A DNA stretch of 9,159 nt, from the NCBI RefSeq assembly GCF_006345805.1, contig NW_021828030.1, positions 1-9,159 of the forward strand, in the 5' to 3' direction. Origin of the DNA: Octopus sinensis (lineage: Eukaryota). The translations under genes and the position numbers were made by a program. Below are positions 6,592 through 9,159 of this stretch, one piece after another (positions within the stretch are counted from its first letter, which is position 1; each line of letters opens with the position of its first letter). The notes under the pieces were generated by a model. That model saw only the letters and a program-made list of their open reading frames with translations. It ran no database searches and was not told the DNA's origin.

Positions 6592-7016
6592 TCTGAAGCC
6601 AGTTTTTTCAAATTTTTCCTACTGAACCAAACAATTTGAAACTTCGTATACTGGTAGAATGTGTCAAAAGTAAACTTAATTGTAAACCAGAATGAAAACG
6701 GAATTGTAACTTCTAAGTTTAACGTTGTTTAATAATTAGAATTTTTAACCATGATATTCGTCATTCGCTTTATTTTATTTACTCCGTCTCGACCCCAATT
6801 TCGTGACGTATTAAACAATGTAAACAGCTAAGTCAGCCACCTTCTAATAACAAAAGTTTGTCTTTGAAGTTACCGTCTAGGGAAGCATTGATTTACATGT
6901 GTGTGTGTGTGTGTTTGATGGGGTGTGGGAGACAGTATGTTGTGTAAGTGAAGTGCTTCTGTTAGTGTGTGTGAAGAGACCAGAGAGAGTAATGTGTGAA
7001 AGAGAGAGATAACTGA

Positions 7017-7193
7017 AATTTTTTACTCGGTGTATGTGTATATGCCTGAATGTATGTGGTATGTATCTGTGTATGTGTATGTATTATATGTATGGCCGAT
7101 TCAATGTATTTTTTACACATACTTACACACACACCACACATACATCACACACACATGCAGACATACATATACACATACACCGAGTAAAAAATT
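7017..7193. mobile_element. MITE-like foldback with perfect 28-bp terminal inverted repeats
   Basis: AATTTTTTACTCGGTGTATGTGTATATG (7017-7044) is the exact reverse complement of 7166-7193. The interior is TG-rich on the left and CA-rich on the right. Confidence 0.6.
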
Positions 7194-7210
7194 ATATATA
7201 TATATATATA

Positions 7211-7616
7211 GGCGCAGGAGTGGCTGTGTGGTAAGTAGCTTGCTAACCAACCACATGGTTCCGGGTTCAATCCCACTGCGTGGCATCTTGGGCAAGTGTC
7301 TTCTACTATAGCCCCGGGCCGACCAATGCCTTGTGAGTGGATTTGGTAGACGGAAACTGAAAGAAGCCTGTCGTATATATGTATATATATATATGTATGT
7401 TTGTGTGTCTGTGTTTGTTCCCCTAGCATTGCTTGACAACCGATGCTGGTGTGTTTATGTCCCCGTCACTTAGCGGTTCGGCAAAAAGAGACCGATAGAA
7501 TAAGTACTGGGCTTACAAAAAGAATAAGTCCCGGGGTCGAGTTGCTCGACTAAAGGCGGTGCTCCAGCATGGCCGCAGTCAAATGACTGAAACAAGTAAA
7601 AGAGTAAAAGAGTAAA
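7211..7616 (+). mobile_element. Full-length tRNA-derived SINE, family 1
   Basis: A box TGGCTGTGTGG (7221-7231), B box GGTTCAATCCC (7264-7274), internal microsatellite and a (GAGTAAAA)n tail. It follows (TA)n. Confidence 0.93.
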
Positions 7617-7718
7617 TATATATATATATACTTTGATATTTTGATAGGTTTCGGCCATTATTGGCCCAGGCCATGTCTAACTTAATAGCACCACCTGGTG
7701 CTATATATATATATTAAC

Positions 7719-7983
7719 TTATAAAAATATGGTAAAGTAAAAAAATTACTTAACCACACACCGAGCTTTTTAGAAATAGCAGCCAAAAATTTCTCAACGC
7801 ATGAAAAAGTCTCCCAGACAATGCATACTCAGAAATAATTCACATACGTAAAGGAGAAAAACAACGAATCACATGATTCTCCGATATATGTTATAAAAAT
7901 ATGGATTCTCCGATATAATTTATAAAAATATGGTAAAGTAAAAAAATTACTTTACCACACACAAAGCTTTTTAGAAATAGCAG
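7719..7983. repeat. 64-bp direct repeat (7719-7782, 7920-7983) with an overlapping 29-bp tandem duplication (7875-7903, 7904-7932)
   Basis: TTATAAAAATATGGTAAAGTAAAAAAATTACTT...TTTTTAGAAATAGCAG occurs twice, 201 bp apart. GATTCTCCGATA...TTATAAAAATATG occurs twice in tandem. Confidence 0.9.
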
Positions 7984-8228
7984 ACGTCACAAAACTGCTT
8001 TCAACGTCACACTAACAGATCGCAGTAACGTTTTAGATATGAAAACAAGCAATCCCATTGGTTAAAATTCGCAGTTTTAATCTACGATTAAAGTCATAAA
8101 ATAGATTTTTCTCAAATAAACTAGTTCCAACTGGCGAATAAACTAGTTCCACTCTATGAGTACACAAAGTTTCAAATTATTTAGTTAACTAGAAAGATCT
8201 GGGGTCCTGGCCACAAATTTGAAAAGAT

Positions 8229-8486
8229 CCTGGGCAAGTGTCTTATACTATAGCCTCGGGCCAACAAAAGCCTTGTTAGTGGATTTGGTAGACGGAAACT
8301 GAAAGAAGCCCATCGTATATATATATATATATATATGTATGAGTGTGTGTGTGTATGTGTGCGTGTGTGTGCGTGCGTGCGTGTGTGTGTGTGTGTGTGT
8401 GTATGCGTGTTTGAACCCCGCCGTCGCTTGACAACCGATGTTGGTGTGTTCACGTCCCTGTAAGTTAGTAGTATGGCGAAAGAGAC
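8229..8486 (+). mobile_element. Family-1 SINE internal fragment, truncated at both ends
   Basis: Starts at CCTGGGCAAGTGTCTT and ends at GGCGAAAGAGAC, with an expanded internal TA/TG tract. Confidence 0.88.
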
Positions 8487-8515
8487 AGTATTAATAAAAT
8501 AGGTGGAATAAAAGA

Positions 8516-8580
8516 TTCTATTTAGCATGATACATGTTTCGACCCGTTTTGGGTCTCTTCAGGTACATAAATAAATAGAA
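8516..8580 (-). ncRNA. Minimal hammerhead ribozyme motif with a damaged stem I (PLE-type remnant)
   Basis: Minus strand reads ATGTAC-CTGAAGA-GACCC-AAAAC-GGGTC-GAAA-CATG-TA. The core, a perfect 5-bp stem II and the palindromic ACATGT stem III are intact. Core-proximal stem I is mismatched, and a distal 8-bp TTCTATTT/AAATAGAA helix is present. Confidence 0.65.
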
Positions 8581-8700
8581 AAATGAAAAGTCTCACTAGA
8601 GTTTTTCTGATTCGGATTTATGTACTACTTTTACGTACCTGCGCCTATTCGAGAGCAGCGATACTAAAGAGGACTTCCAAAAGCAAATCATACAAAACTG

Positions 8701-8765
8701 CATACATACATACATACATACATACATACATACATACATACATACATACATACATACATACATAC
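8701..8765. repeat. (CATA)16 microsatellite
   Basis: Directly visible. A second (CATA)n run is at 8874-8895. Confidence 0.95.
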
Positions 8766-8893
8766 AAAAATATCTTGTTGATGTTGAAATTTCAACGAAG
8801 GAACCTTCGATCTAGGTTAGAAACCGGCTCTTTCCCTATTGGCAAGAAATCTTGAGATAAAACTGAATAATAGCATACATACATACATACATA

Positions 8894-9159
8894 CAGGAGT
8901 GGCTGTGTGGTAAGTAGCTTGCTTACGAATCACGTGGTTCCGGGTTCAGTCCAACTGCGTGGCACCTTGGGCAAGTGTCTTCTACTATAGCCTCGGGTCG
9001 ACCAAATGCTTATGAGTGGATTTGGTAAACGGAAACTCAAAGAATCCCGTTGTATGTATGTGTGTGTGTGTGTATGTGTATGTGTGTGTATTTGTGTGTT
9101 TGTGTTTGTCCCTTCAACATCGCTTGGCAACCGATACTGGTTGTTTGCGTCCCGTAACT
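8894..9159 (+). mobile_element. Family-1 SINE running off the window edge
   Basis: CAGGAGTGGCTGTGTGGTAAGTAGC...GGGTTCAGTCC...TTGGGCAAGTGTCTTCTACTATAGCC, collinear with 7215 onward. Confidence 0.92.

Noticed and set aside
7211-7285. tRNA gene (also the heads at 6492, 8894 and 485-559)
   Set aside because: A and B boxes are present, but there is no convincing cloverleaf and the sequence continues into a repeated SINE body.

Overview
AT-rich, non-coding eukaryotic DNA made almost entirely of transposon remnants and microsatellites. There is no intact protein-coding gene. The SINE families and microsatellite density resemble an Octopus (coleoid cephalopod) genome, but that is from recall and no database was searched. 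Contents: six copies of one tRNA-derived SINE family, members of two other SINE families (one internally inverted), a complete 296-bp non-autonomous Helitron, and a ~2.1-kb composite Helitron-like region. The composite has a frameshifted PIF1-type helicase remnant and a 5.2 x ~162-bp tandem array. There is also a small MITE-like foldback and several hammerhead-ribozyme (HHR) motifs typical of Penelope-like elements. The most notable structure is a 207-bp inverted repeat (1118-1324 / 1429-1635) with one outward-facing type I HHR per arm. The arms differ at only four positions, and these four map onto two predicted base pairs, each staying Watson-Crick in both arms. The element is flanked by identical (TA)12CA direct repeats. 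All supplied ORFs except the helicase remnant are repeat-derived artefacts.
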